From: Candidatus Eiseniibacteriota bacterium
GTDB lineage: Bacteria; Eisenbacteria; RBG-16-71-46; CAIMUX01; VGJL01
Length of the DNA stretch: 64,000 bases
Reading direction: 5' to 3'
Assembly (NCBI GenBank): GCA_963792585.1
Contig: CAWBWI010000003.1
Location: 288,001-352,000 of the forward strand
Each line of letters opens with the position of its first letter. The first letter of the stretch is position 1. The notes beneath the pieces were generated by a model, which saw only the letters and a list, made by a program, of their open reading frames with translations, searched no databases and was not told where the DNA came from. Of this stretch, positions 10,484-19,030 are shown piece by piece. The position numbers were made by a program, and so were the translations under genes.

Positions 10484-12163
10484 ATGACGATGACGCTTCC
10501 CGATTCTCCCAGACCGAACCGTGATCAGGCCGGGCCGGCTGCGAGCGCCCGCGGCGTCCAGCGCTCGATGTGGGTGTTCTTTTCGCTCCGCGCCCGCCTC
10601 ACGATCACGACCCTGGTCCTGGCTCTCGTCCTGGTTGCGCTCTCATTCGGCACCAACTGGTTCCTCATGCGTCGCCTCGCCCGGCACCAGGTCGAGGGTG
10701 CCGTCGGATCCGTGTGCGCCCTGCTCGCGCACGGGGTGACCGCCGGGCTCGATTTCGACTCTCGCGCGTCCGTACGCGACGCGCTCGCGGGGGTTTTCCG
10801 TCTCGAGGAGGTCCGATACGCGGCGGTGACGTCTCCTGACGGAAGTCTTTATATGAGTCTGGGAGATCCGATTGGGAGCGGTCTGGAGAAGAGGATCCCG
10901 GAGGATCTTGAATTGCGATGGTCGAGGACATTGCTGATCGGACACGCTCCCATCCGAGACGCGTCCTCACGCATCATTGGCGTGCTGCACCTCGGCTACT
11001 CGACCGCCCGGATGCAGGGGGAACTGCAGCAGGGGCTTCTCCTCTTGCTCCTCGCGGGAGGTCTTCTTGCTCTGGCGGCGTTTTTTGCCTCTCGCAACTT
11101 CGGGCGCAGGCTCACGGCACCGATCCTTGAACTCGCCGATGCGGCCCGAAGTATGGCCGAAGGAAAGTTCGAGAAACCGCTCGAGGTCCGTACGCAGGAT
11201 GAGATCGGCATCGTCGCCATGACATTCAATGGAATGGCGCGCAAGCTCGAGGAGTCCATGAACGAAATCGAGCGGCAGAATCGGGAACTGGAACAAAAGG
11301 TGCGGGAGCGAACCGCGGAGCTTCGGCAGAAGAACGTCGCGCTCGCACGGCAGAGCGAGAACGCGCTCGAAGCGAGCCGCCTGAAGAGCGCCTTCCTCGC
11401 GAACATGTCCCACGAATTGCGCACGCCGCTGAATGCGATCCTGGCCCTGTCCGAGCTTCTGAGCGACGAGGTAACCGGGCCGCTCGAAAACGACGAGCAG
11501 CGGAACCAGATCCTGATGATCCATCAGAGCGGCGAGAATCTGCTACGGCTCATAAGCGATGTCCTGGATCTCTCGAAGATCGAAGCGGGGCGCATGGAGA
11601 TCCGCTACGAGGAAACCGACATCCAGAAGTCGCTGCTGCGGGCCGCGGAGCAAATGCGGGGATTGGCCGTGAGCAAGGGGATCGAGTATCGCGTCCGGTT
11701 CGAGGGCGAGGGATGCGGATGGGTGGACGCCGATCGAATTCGTCAGGTCATGGCCAACCTCGTCGCCAACGCGATCAAGTTCACGGAGCGCGGGTACGTG
11801 GAGATCACGGGTCAGATCGATCTCTCAGCCGAACTGCTGACGGTGACCGTTCGCGACTCGGGGATCGGGATCGCGGCAGACAACCACGAGCGGATCTTTC
11901 AGGAGTTCCGGCAGGTGGACGGGTCGACGTCTCGTCGCTTCGGCGGGACCGGCCTCGGCCTTGCCATCAGCCGTCGCCTCGCCCGGTTGATGGGTGGAGA
12001 CGTCGTGATCTCCAGTGAGGTCGGGAAGGGCTCCGCCTTCACGCTCCAGGTGCCGGTATACCGCCAGAAGCCGGAACCCGACGCGGGCCTCGACGATGAA
12101 GCGAACGCTGTTTCGGCCGCTCCGTTCCATACGGACGAGGAAGACGACCTTCGCGTTGCCTGA
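10484..12163 (+). CDS. Membrane sensor histidine kinase (HAMP-HisKA-HATPase, no receiver domain)
   Basis: Two TM segments, HAMP (DEIG), FLANMSHELRTPLN H-box, NAIKFT, DSGIGI, GGTGLGL. Confidence 0.92.
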   Translation: MTMTLPDSPRPNRDQAGPAASARGVQRSMWVFFSLRARLTITTLVLALVLVALSFGTNWFLMRRLARHQVEGAVGSVCALLAHGVTAGLDFDSRASVRDALAGVFRLEEVRYAAVTSPDGSLYMSLGDPIGSGLEKRIPEDLELRWSRTLLIGHAPIRDASSRIIGVLHLGYSTARMQGELQQGLLLLLLAGGLLALAAFFASRNFGRRLTAPILELADAARSMAEGKFEKPLEVRTQDEIGIVAMTFNGMARKLEESMNEIERQNRELEQKVRERTAELRQKNVALARQSENALEASRLKSAFLANMSHELRTPLNAILALSELLSDEVTGPLENDEQRNQILMIHQSGENLLRLISDVLDLSKIEAGRMEIRYEETDIQKSLLRAAEQMRGLAVSKGIEYRVRFEGEGCGWVDADRIRQVMANLVANAIKFTERGYVEITGQIDLSAELLTVTVRDSGIGIAADNHERIFQEFRQVDGSTSRRFGGTGLGLAISRRLARLMGGDVVISSEVGKGSAFTLQVPVYRQKPEPDAGLDDEANAVSAAPFHTDEEDDLRVA

Positions 12164-12351
12164 TCCCGGGTGGACTCCACCCGGCCCCCGCCTTCCAACT
12201 CACGGTGCGCCCCTCGAATCGCGCCTCCGGGTGCGTCCCTGCGCCGCAAGTTCCGGTCCCCGTACAATGGAGACCCCGAACCGAGTCGGTTCGGGGTCTC
12301 AGAGTTACCAAGGAAGGTTCCGGCAAGCAGGCTTGGAGCCCGCCGGTCCGC

Positions 12352-14436
12352 CTATTTGAGCATGACGACCCTGCTCTGAACCTCTCGTCCGCCAAGGGCA
12401 ACGTTCAGATAGTAGATACCGCCAGGGAGGAGATGACCGCGATCGTCGGTCCCATTCCAGCTCGTCACCCCTGTACCTGCCGGCTGCGCGCCCATGTCGA
12501 TCGTCCGGATCAAGCGCCCACCCGCGTCATGCACCCGCACCACCGGGTGACCCGGCTCCGGGAGCATCACCCTCAGGTTCACGATCGGGTTGAAGGGGTT
12601 CGGGTAGGTCGCAATTTCCAGGAGCGCACCCGGTGATGGGAGGTCGGCGACCCCGGCGGGGTTTCCCGTCGGGACCATCAGGCGGACGTCATCGATGTTC
12701 CAGCCTCCGAATTCGATGTTCCCGCTGCTCTTCAAGGTATACCGAATGGTCACGCTCGGATTGTTGTCGGCCAATGCAGAGATGTCGTAGATCACTTCCT
12801 GCCACGCGCCATCGACGAAGTGGACCATGGTCGGGTTCCCGAAGATCTCCGTTCCGTTGACGAACAGACGCGCGTAGTCCGATGGGCGCCGCTGCACGGT
12901 CAGCCACCGCCGAAACGCGAGATAGACGTGGCTCTTGCCGGAGCAGTCGATCGCCGGTGACTCCAGCCACGAATCCGAGTTCACAGCATAGAGATTGTTC
13001 CAGGCGCTACCGGTCTCACTGAGATCGTTGCCGAAGCACGCAGTGCCCCTTGCGGCGGCGCGGGGATCGATCTTTCCGGCACGGGTACCTGGCGTCGCCC
13101 TACGCCAATCATCGTTCGTTCCGCCATGGGTCCAGCTTTGCGCGTCGGCCTCGAATCCCGCCGCATAGAAGACATCCGACGGGCCGAGAAGGAGTGGGAA
13201 GCTGCTGGCCTGGTTTGGCGTTTGTGCGGAATTGATCGTCAGATCGAACGTGACGACACCGACGGTTCCCGGCCCGACCTGCACAGTGAAGTTGGGCGCC
13301 GCAGAAACGCCCGAACCGCCCGCGGGGATGTCAGGGAAGCTGGCCTGGTTGTCGAGGATGGTCACACCCGCCGTCGTGGTCGAAAGGAACGCGGTCACGC
13401 CGGTTGCCGGCAGTCTGCCGAAATTCTTGAGAGTGATCCGCAGTTGGGTCGATTCGCCGGCGTCCAAGAACCCGTTCCCGCCATCGGCCACCTCGACCGC
13501 ATCGAATGCCAACCGTACGGGGGTCGGCAAGTAATCGAGCAGGATCGCGCCCTCGCCGAGACGACAGTCTCCCATCCGGATCCATCCGTAGCCGCCTTCA
13601 CCCCAGCTTCCCCAGCTGTTCTTGATCAGCCAGGCGCCCTGGCCGCTGCAGGCGGCGTCATTCCAGCCGCACATGACGACGCAATGGTTGATCGGATCAT
13701 TGCCGGTGTACTGGAAGCAGCCTCCGCCATAGTAGAAGAGGGAGTTCGGCGCGAAGAGATTCACCGCCAGGGGACCTGTCATGATTGCGGTCTTCAATGC
13801 GGCTTCGTCATTGGGAACGCTCAGGTAGCCCCGGATGCGGTCGACGGAATCGCAGCTGTAGTCGATGCAGGCGCCCGCGTCGTTGCCCGTGTAGGGCATG
13901 CAACTCTCGGTGACCTGGCCCATCGTCATCTGCATGTTGGCGACATACGTGGAGAATCCCCCACTGCATGAGCCCCCGCCCTCGCTGCAAACCAGCCCCT
14001 GCTGTTCGGAAAGGTCGAATGTGTCGCCGCGATAGATCCTGATCATCGATTCGAAAGCGCCCGTTGCACCGAAGGACCAGCAACTTCCGCAGCCACCCTG
14101 ATTGCGGACCCCGGTCATGCCGTTCATGGCGCGCCAATCCCACGAGGCGGGGATATCGCGCGGATTGGCGGCGACGACGGTCCCGATCGACAACTCTTTC
14201 CATGACTCGGGATCGAAGCGCGCCCCCAGCATCGCAGCCTTCTGATCTGGGGGAAGGTCCGATACGGATGTGTGAACCGCGACCCAGTCCGCGCCGCTCT
14301 GTCGAATCTCCTCGCGGATCTGTTGAAGTTCGGTTTCCGGGTTCCATGCGGCGGAGGCCGTGGAGGTCATGCCGAGAAGGAGTATGGCGGCGCCGACCCA
14401 TCCGAGCTGCTTCGAAGAAAAGCCGAGCATCTTCAA
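12352..14436 (-). CDS. Secreted papain-like C1A cysteine peptidase with C-terminal FlgD-Ig-like domain
   Basis: Signal peptide; WDWR, NQGGCGSCWSF (catalytic Cys), INHCVV (His), IKNSWG (Asn); C-terminal YPNPFNP...WNGTD...GIYY. Confidence 0.9.
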   Translation of the reverse strand: MKMLGFSSKQLGWVGAAILLLGMTSTASAAWNPETELQQIREEIRQSGADWVAVHTSVSDLPPDQKAAMLGARFDPESWKELSIGTVVAANPRDIPASWDWRAMNGMTGVRNQGGCGSCWSFGATGAFESMIRIYRGDTFDLSEQQGLVCSEGGGSCSGGFSTYVANMQMTMGQVTESCMPYTGNDAGACIDYSCDSVDRIRGYLSVPNDEAALKTAIMTGPLAVNLFAPNSLFYYGGGCFQYTGNDPINHCVVMCGWNDAACSGQGAWLIKNSWGSWGEGGYGWIRMGDCRLGEGAILLDYLPTPVRLAFDAVEVADGGNGFLDAGESTQLRITLKNFGRLPATGVTAFLSTTTAGVTILDNQASFPDIPAGGSGVSAAPNFTVQVGPGTVGVVTFDLTINSAQTPNQASSFPLLLGPSDVFYAAGFEADAQSWTHGGTNDDWRRATPGTRAGKIDPRAAARGTACFGNDLSETGSAWNNLYAVNSDSWLESPAIDCSGKSHVYLAFRRWLTVQRRPSDYARLFVNGTEIFGNPTMVHFVDGAWQEVIYDISALADNNPSVTIRYTLKSSGNIEFGGWNIDDVRLMVPTGNPAGVADLPSPGALLEIATYPNPFNPIVNLRVMLPEPGHPVVRVHDAGGRLIRTIDMGAQPAGTGVTSWNGTDDRGHLLPGGIYYLNVALGGREVQSRVVMLK

Positions 14437-14446
14437 GATCCTTTCC

Positions 14447-15778
14447 TTATCGAATCACGAGGATCGTTCCCTGTTGCGGGAGCGGTCCGGATAGAACACG
14501 GACATAGTACAAACCGGCGGGGACGGGATGGCCCGCGGCGTCGCGGCCGTCCCATCGGGCAAGGCCCGGCGATGACGGCTCGATGCGCCGGAGGAGTCTC
14601 CCTCCTGCGGTGACGATCTCCACGGCATTTCCAGGGTCCGAAAGGGACGCGTCGAAGCGGACAACCGCTCCTGTCCGCGTCGGGTTCGGAAACGCCAAGA
14701 CGGAGGGCCGGAGCGCGTCTTTCCGGGTCCGAACGGGGATCGACGTGGTCCTGCAAGTGGCGCTGCGCGCCCCGATCCGATCGCAGTCGGATCCACCTGG
14801 ATGTTGCCCCGGAAGGCACGGAGAGTCGGGTTGAAGATCAAAACTCTCGAGCCGGATGGGTTCGGAATCGGCTCCAACGGCCGGTACGCCACAGAACCGG
14901 GGGTCAGCGCCGAAGTCTCCGGGCCCCGGCTCCGCGCCCCAGTAATCCTCATCTCCATTTGCGAACACGTCGTTGCAGTAGAGGGTCGCGTTGCGGAAGA
15001 CGACAATTCCATCTCCAAACTCCCCCGAGTCGTTTCCGCACACAATGTTATTCGAGAAGACCGCTCCATCGAAGGGAAGCTCGATCCCGCCGGCAGGGCC
15101 ATCCGCATGGTTGCCGAAGATTGTGTTCCGTTCGACCGTGGCGACGAAGACCGAGACGCCCCCGCCGATGCACTCGCCATCGCACGTATTGTAGGCGATG
15201 ACATTGTTGCTGATGATCGCGGCCGAGGTTTCGTCGGCGTAGACACCGCCGCCCCGACTAGGGAAACAGCACTGGTACCAGGTTCGATTGTGGGCGATCA
15301 GGTTCCCGTCGATCACGGCGTTGCTTCCGAATGTGCAACAGATGCCGGCCCCCAGCGCACTCTCGTTGTGCATGATGTTGTTTCCACGGATGATGGGAGA
15401 GGCGGAGGTGGCGCGGATTCCGGTCGTGCCGTCACGGATCGTAAAGCCTTCGATGATCGACTCGTTTCCATCATCATAAAAGACGTCTATCACCGGTGAA
15501 TCCTGCAAGGAGAGCCCGTGAAGAATGGTGGTCGTTGGTCCCTGATCGGAGATGAGGAAGATCCCCTTGCCCTCGATCCACAGGTTCGCGGAGTAGTCGC
15601 CGGGTCCGACCCGGATCGTGTCCCCACTGGCTGCCCCGTTGATCGCCTCCTGAATCGTCGGGAGGTCACCCGTTCCGTCGGCACGAACCCGCCAAGTGGC
15701 GGCCCAGGGGGACGTTGAGACGAGGATCAGGAGAAGTCCCAGCGGGAGAAGGGACCCTGTGCGGAGCCCAAGCTGCAA
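14447..15778 (-). CDS. Secreted right-handed parallel beta-helix repeat protein with C-terminal FlgD-Ig-like domain
   Basis: TIQEAINGA..GDTI.VGPG.Y start, repeated N-x-I-x-x-N / GGG units, DPRFC, C-terminal FPNP...WDGRD...AGLYY. Confidence 0.8.
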   Translation of the reverse strand: MQLGLRTGSLLPLGLLLILVSTSPWAATWRVRADGTGDLPTIQEAINGAASGDTIRVGPGDYSANLWIEGKGIFLISDQGPTTTILHGLSLQDSPVIDVFYDDGNESIIEGFTIRDGTTGIRATSASPIIRGNNIMHNESALGAGICCTFGSNAVIDGNLIAHNRTWYQCCFPSRGGGVYADETSAAIISNNVIAYNTCDGECIGGGVSVFVATVERNTIFGNHADGPAGGIELPFDGAVFSNNIVCGNDSGEFGDGIVVFRNATLYCNDVFANGDEDYWGAEPGPGDFGADPRFCGVPAVGADSEPIRLESFDLQPDSPCLPGQHPGGSDCDRIGARSATCRTTSIPVRTRKDALRPSVLAFPNPTRTGAVVRFDASLSDPGNAVEIVTAGGRLLRRIEPSSPGLARWDGRDAAGHPVPAGLYYVRVLSGPLPQQGTILVIR

Positions 15779-15929
15779 TCCGACCTCCCATGGCGAGCAG
15801 GCTGGAACAGAACCTTATATAGTGTACCAGGTTTTTGGATTCCATCCTAGCGGGTCGGGATCGCGAGCCACTCGGGTCTGTTGATCCTCTCCCGGCGGGC
15901 CGATTAGTCTGTCTCGGGGGGCATCGATC

Positions 15930-16634
15930 TTGCCGTCCCAAATCCGGCGAGGAGGACCATTGGCCGAGACACACGGATCCGGGGAACGGAGACTCTCGCG
16001 TGCCCTACGCCAGCGATTGCCTCATTACTACAGGATGTCCGAGCGAATCAGCCGGGCCGGCAGATCCAAGGTGGGGCTCGTCGAGGTCGCCGAGTCGCTG
16101 GGGATCGAGGAGGCGGAGGCGGTCGCGGATGTCAAGGCGCTCGGGCTGGAACCGGCACCGGACGGCACTCTGGACGTGGAGCAGGTTCACGACATCTCGG
16201 AACACCTCTTGGGGTTGCGCCCCGTTAACACCGCCGCCCTCATCGGCATGGGCCGCCTCGGGACCGCGATCGCGTCCTACGAGGGGTTTGGCCCGTATGG
16301 GATGCGGATCGTGGCTGTCTTCGACTCCGACCCCGAGAAGGTCGGCCGCTTTGTCCGGGGCCACCGGATTCTCCCGGTCGAACAGCTGGAAGACGTACTA
16401 GGGATCTTTCAAATCCGACTCGCCGTGCTGACGGTTCCCCCCGATGATGCCCAGGAGATCACGAACCGCCTGGTCCGGGCAGGCATCCAGGCGATCTGGA
16501 ACTTTGTTCCCATTCACCTGGACGCCCCAGCGCATATCGTCGTGAGAAACGAGAATATTGTCGTAGGGCTGGCCCAGTTATGCCGCGACCTGCGCGAGGC
16601 CAATCTCCGTAGACTCCCGCCCGAGGAGGAGTAG
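15930..16634 (+). CDS. rex: Redox-sensing transcriptional repressor Rex family protein
   Basis: RLPHYYR N-terminus, IGMGRLG Rossmann motif, FDSDPEKVG, LTVP, AIWNF; start uncertain. Confidence 0.8.
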   Translation: MPSQIRRGGPLAETHGSGERRLSRALRQRLPHYYRMSERISRAGRSKVGLVEVAESLGIEEAEAVADVKALGLEPAPDGTLDVEQVHDISEHLLGLRPVNTAALIGMGRLGTAIASYEGFGPYGMRIVAVFDSDPEKVGRFVRGHRILPVEQLEDVLGIFQIRLAVLTVPPDDAQEITNRLVRAGIQAIWNFVPIHLDAPAHIVVRNENIVVGLAQLCRDLREANLRRLPPEEE

Positions 16635-16804
16635 TCCAGAGGCGCCGACGTAGATTGGGGGACGAAATCCTGTCGGGGCCCGCGTTTCCCCACTTGTCTA
16701 CCCTCGCCGTCTCCTAGGAAAATAATCGGTTCGAGCTTCGGACGCTGAAACACCGGCAGGGTCACAATGCGGAGGGTCACGACATGCCCACAAAGGGCTC
16801 CAAT

Positions 16805-17953
16805 ATGAAGACTCGCGCGGCGACGGGATCGGTCGCGCTCTTGATCGGTTCGCGAAAAGGGGGTTTCCTCCTGCGGGGTGACCGCAACCGCAAGAGCTGG
16901 AAGATCACGGGACCGTTCTTCCTCGGTTCCCAGGTCCACCACATGGTCCTCGACCCGCGCGACCGGCGCACGCTGCTCATGGCCGCCCGCACCGGGCACC
17001 TCGGACCGACGATTTTCCGTTCGACCGATCTGGGAAAGAAATGGAAGGAGGCATCCAGGCCCCCCGCCTTTAACAAAGCGGCTACCGGCTCGAAGGGAAA
17101 GGTCGTCGACCATGTCTTCTGGCTGACGCCCGGACATTCGAAAGAGCCGGAGGTTTGGTATGCGGGCACGTCACCGCAGGGTCTCTTCCGGTCCGAGGAC
17201 GGCGGCGTCACGTGGGAGGGCATCGACGGATTTAATGAGAACCCGATGCGGTCTGCATGGACCGGAGGCGACCAGGACGGCACGCCGGATGGACCCAAGA
17301 TGCACTCCATTCTGGTCGATCCGCGCGACCCGGCACATTTGTACATTGGGATGTCCGGCGGCGGAGTGTTCGAGAGCCACAACACCGGCCAAGACTGGGC
17401 CCCGTTGAACGCCGGGTGTCTGGCCGACTTTCATCCCGACAAGTATCCTGAGTATGGGCATGATCCTCACTGCGTGAGGCTCCATCCGCTCATGCCGGAC
17501 CGCCTCTATCAGCAGAATCATTGCGGGATCTACAGAATGGAGCGCGCTGAGGGCAAGTGGACGCGCATCGGGGAGGCGATGCCGAAGAAGATCGGTGACA
17601 TCGGCTTCCCAATGGTCCTCCACCCGCGAGATCCGAACACGGTGTGGGTATTCCCGATGGATGGGACGGAGGTGTGGCCCCGCGTAAGCCCCGGCGGCAA
17701 ACCGGCAGCTTACGTGACCCGGAATGCGGGACGAAGCTGGAAGCGGCTCGATGCGGGGCTTCCCCGCGCGCAGGCGTGGTTCACGGTAAAACGGCAAGCA
17801 ATGACCGCGGACGCGCACGATCCGGTCGGTCTGTACTTCGGTACCACGGGTGGGGAGGTCTGGGGATCCAGGAACGAAGGGGTGAAATGGACCCTACTCA
17901 CCGGCCACCTTCCACACATCTACTCCATCGAGGCGGTGGAACTCGGCCGATGA
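16805..17953 (+). CDS. BNR/Asp-box repeat beta-propeller protein (sialidase-like fold)
   Basis: Repeated S-x-D/N-x-G-x-x-W Asp boxes (RSTDLGKKW, RSEDGGVTW, SHNTGQDW, TRNAGRSW, SRNEGVKW); HDPH and QQNHCG motifs; no signal peptide. Confidence 0.85.
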   Translation: MKTRAATGSVALLIGSRKGGFLLRGDRNRKSWKITGPFFLGSQVHHMVLDPRDRRTLLMAARTGHLGPTIFRSTDLGKKWKEASRPPAFNKAATGSKGKVVDHVFWLTPGHSKEPEVWYAGTSPQGLFRSEDGGVTWEGIDGFNENPMRSAWTGGDQDGTPDGPKMHSILVDPRDPAHLYIGMSGGGVFESHNTGQDWAPLNAGCLADFHPDKYPEYGHDPHCVRLHPLMPDRLYQQNHCGIYRMERAEGKWTRIGEAMPKKIGDIGFPMVLHPRDPNTVWVFPMDGTEVWPRVSPGGKPAAYVTRNAGRSWKRLDAGLPRAQAWFTVKRQAMTADAHDPVGLYFGTTGGEVWGSRNEGVKWTLLTGHLPHIYSIEAVELGR

Positions 17954-18210
17954 AGGTCTTCTTGCCGACCCCGCTACGCTCCTACGCGGGCGGCGCGAGC
18001 GTAGTCGACGCCGAGGGCTCCACGATAGGAGCGCTTCTCTCCGATCTCGATCGCCGATTCCCGGGGATTCGCTTTCGGATGATCGATGAGCAGGACCAGA
18101 TCCGTCCCCACATGCGGATCTTCGTCAACGGCAACCAGGAGCTCTCGCTCGATCGAGCGATCACGTCGCATGACGAGATCCAGATTCTGCAGGCGCTGAG
18201 CGGCGGCTGA
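17950..18210 (+). CDS. MoaD/ThiS family ubiquitin-like protein
   Basis: 86 aa from ATG 17950 (ATGA overlap): MKVFLPTPLRSY...IFVNG...QALSGG ending in Gly-Gly. Confidence 0.9.
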   Translation: MKVFLPTPLRSYAGGASVVDAEGSTIGALLSDLDRRFPGIRFRMIDEQDQIRPHMRIFVNGNQELSLDRAITSHDEIQILQALSGG

Positions 18211-18245
18211 TCCCGGGGTGGCGTGCTCCGCGGGGGAATAGACAG

Positions 18246-18276
18246 CGCCCCGTCCGGCCTTCCGCCGGACGGGGCG
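18246..18276. terminator. GC-rich hairpin between convergent genes (probable bidirectional terminator)
   Basis: Perfect 13-bp inverted repeat CGCCCCGTCCGGC-cttcc-GCCGGACGGGGCG; no strong U-tract. Confidence 0.6.
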
Positions 18277-18300
18277 TGATCATTCAGCACGATCGGTGGA

Positions 18301-19023
18301 TCAGGACCTGGCAAGGTTCTCCTCAGCGAAGTCCCAGTTGATGAGATTGTCCAGAACCGCAGTGATGTAGTCCTTCCTGCGGTTTTGGTAGTCCAGGTAA
18401 TAGGCGTGCTCCCAGACGTCAATCGCCAGCAGGGGAACGGCGGCCGTGGTGAAGGGGGTGTCCGCATTCGGGGTCTTGATGACCTTGAGCGATCCCTTGT
18501 CCGAGACCAGCCACGCCCACCCGCTGCCGAATTGTGTCAATCCGGCGTCGACGAACTGCTTGCGGAACTCATCGAAGCCGCCGAAGGAAGCTTCGATCCT
18601 CGCGGCGAGCTCGCCGCTCGGTTTGCCGCCCCCCTTCGGGCGCATCGACCGCCAGTAGAATGTGTGATTCCACGTCTGGGCCGCGTTGTTGAAGACGGCT
18701 CTCTTCTCGGGATCCGCGGCGGCGGCCCGCACGATCTCCTCGAGCCTCATGTCCGCCATCGGCGTGCCCTGAATCAGCTCATTCAGCTTATCGAGGTATC
18801 CTTTGTGGTGCTTCCCGTAGTGGAAGCCGATCGTGTTGCTCGAGATCACAGGTGCAAGGGCGTCGTCGGGATAGGGGAGGGGAGGCAGCTCGATCGGAGC
18901 CGCCATCGCCGGCTTCACGAAGGGCGTGAAGCCCGAGACGGCCGCGGCCGCACCTGCGGCCGCGACCCCGATCAAGAAACCCCGCCGAGAGAACGGCCTG
19001 TTCTCGATCGTCTCAGACATCAA
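18301..19023 (-). CDS. sodB: Fe/Mn superoxide dismutase (Fe-type features) with twin-arginine signal peptide
   Basis: LPPLPY, HYGKHH, FNNAAQTWNH, QFGSGWAWL, DVWEHAYY; N-terminal SRRGFL, hydrophobic stretch and AMA cleavage site. Confidence 0.92.
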   Translation of the reverse strand: MMSETIENRPFSRRGFLIGVAAAGAAAAVSGFTPFVKPAMAAPIELPPLPYPDDALAPVISSNTIGFHYGKHHKGYLDKLNELIQGTPMADMRLEEIVRAAAADPEKRAVFNNAAQTWNHTFYWRSMRPKGGGKPSGELAARIEASFGGFDEFRKQFVDAGLTQFGSGWAWLVSDKGSLKVIKTPNADTPFTTAAVPLLAIDVWEHAYYLDYQNRRKDYITAVLDNLINWDFAEENLARS

Positions 19024-19030
19024 AGCGCTC

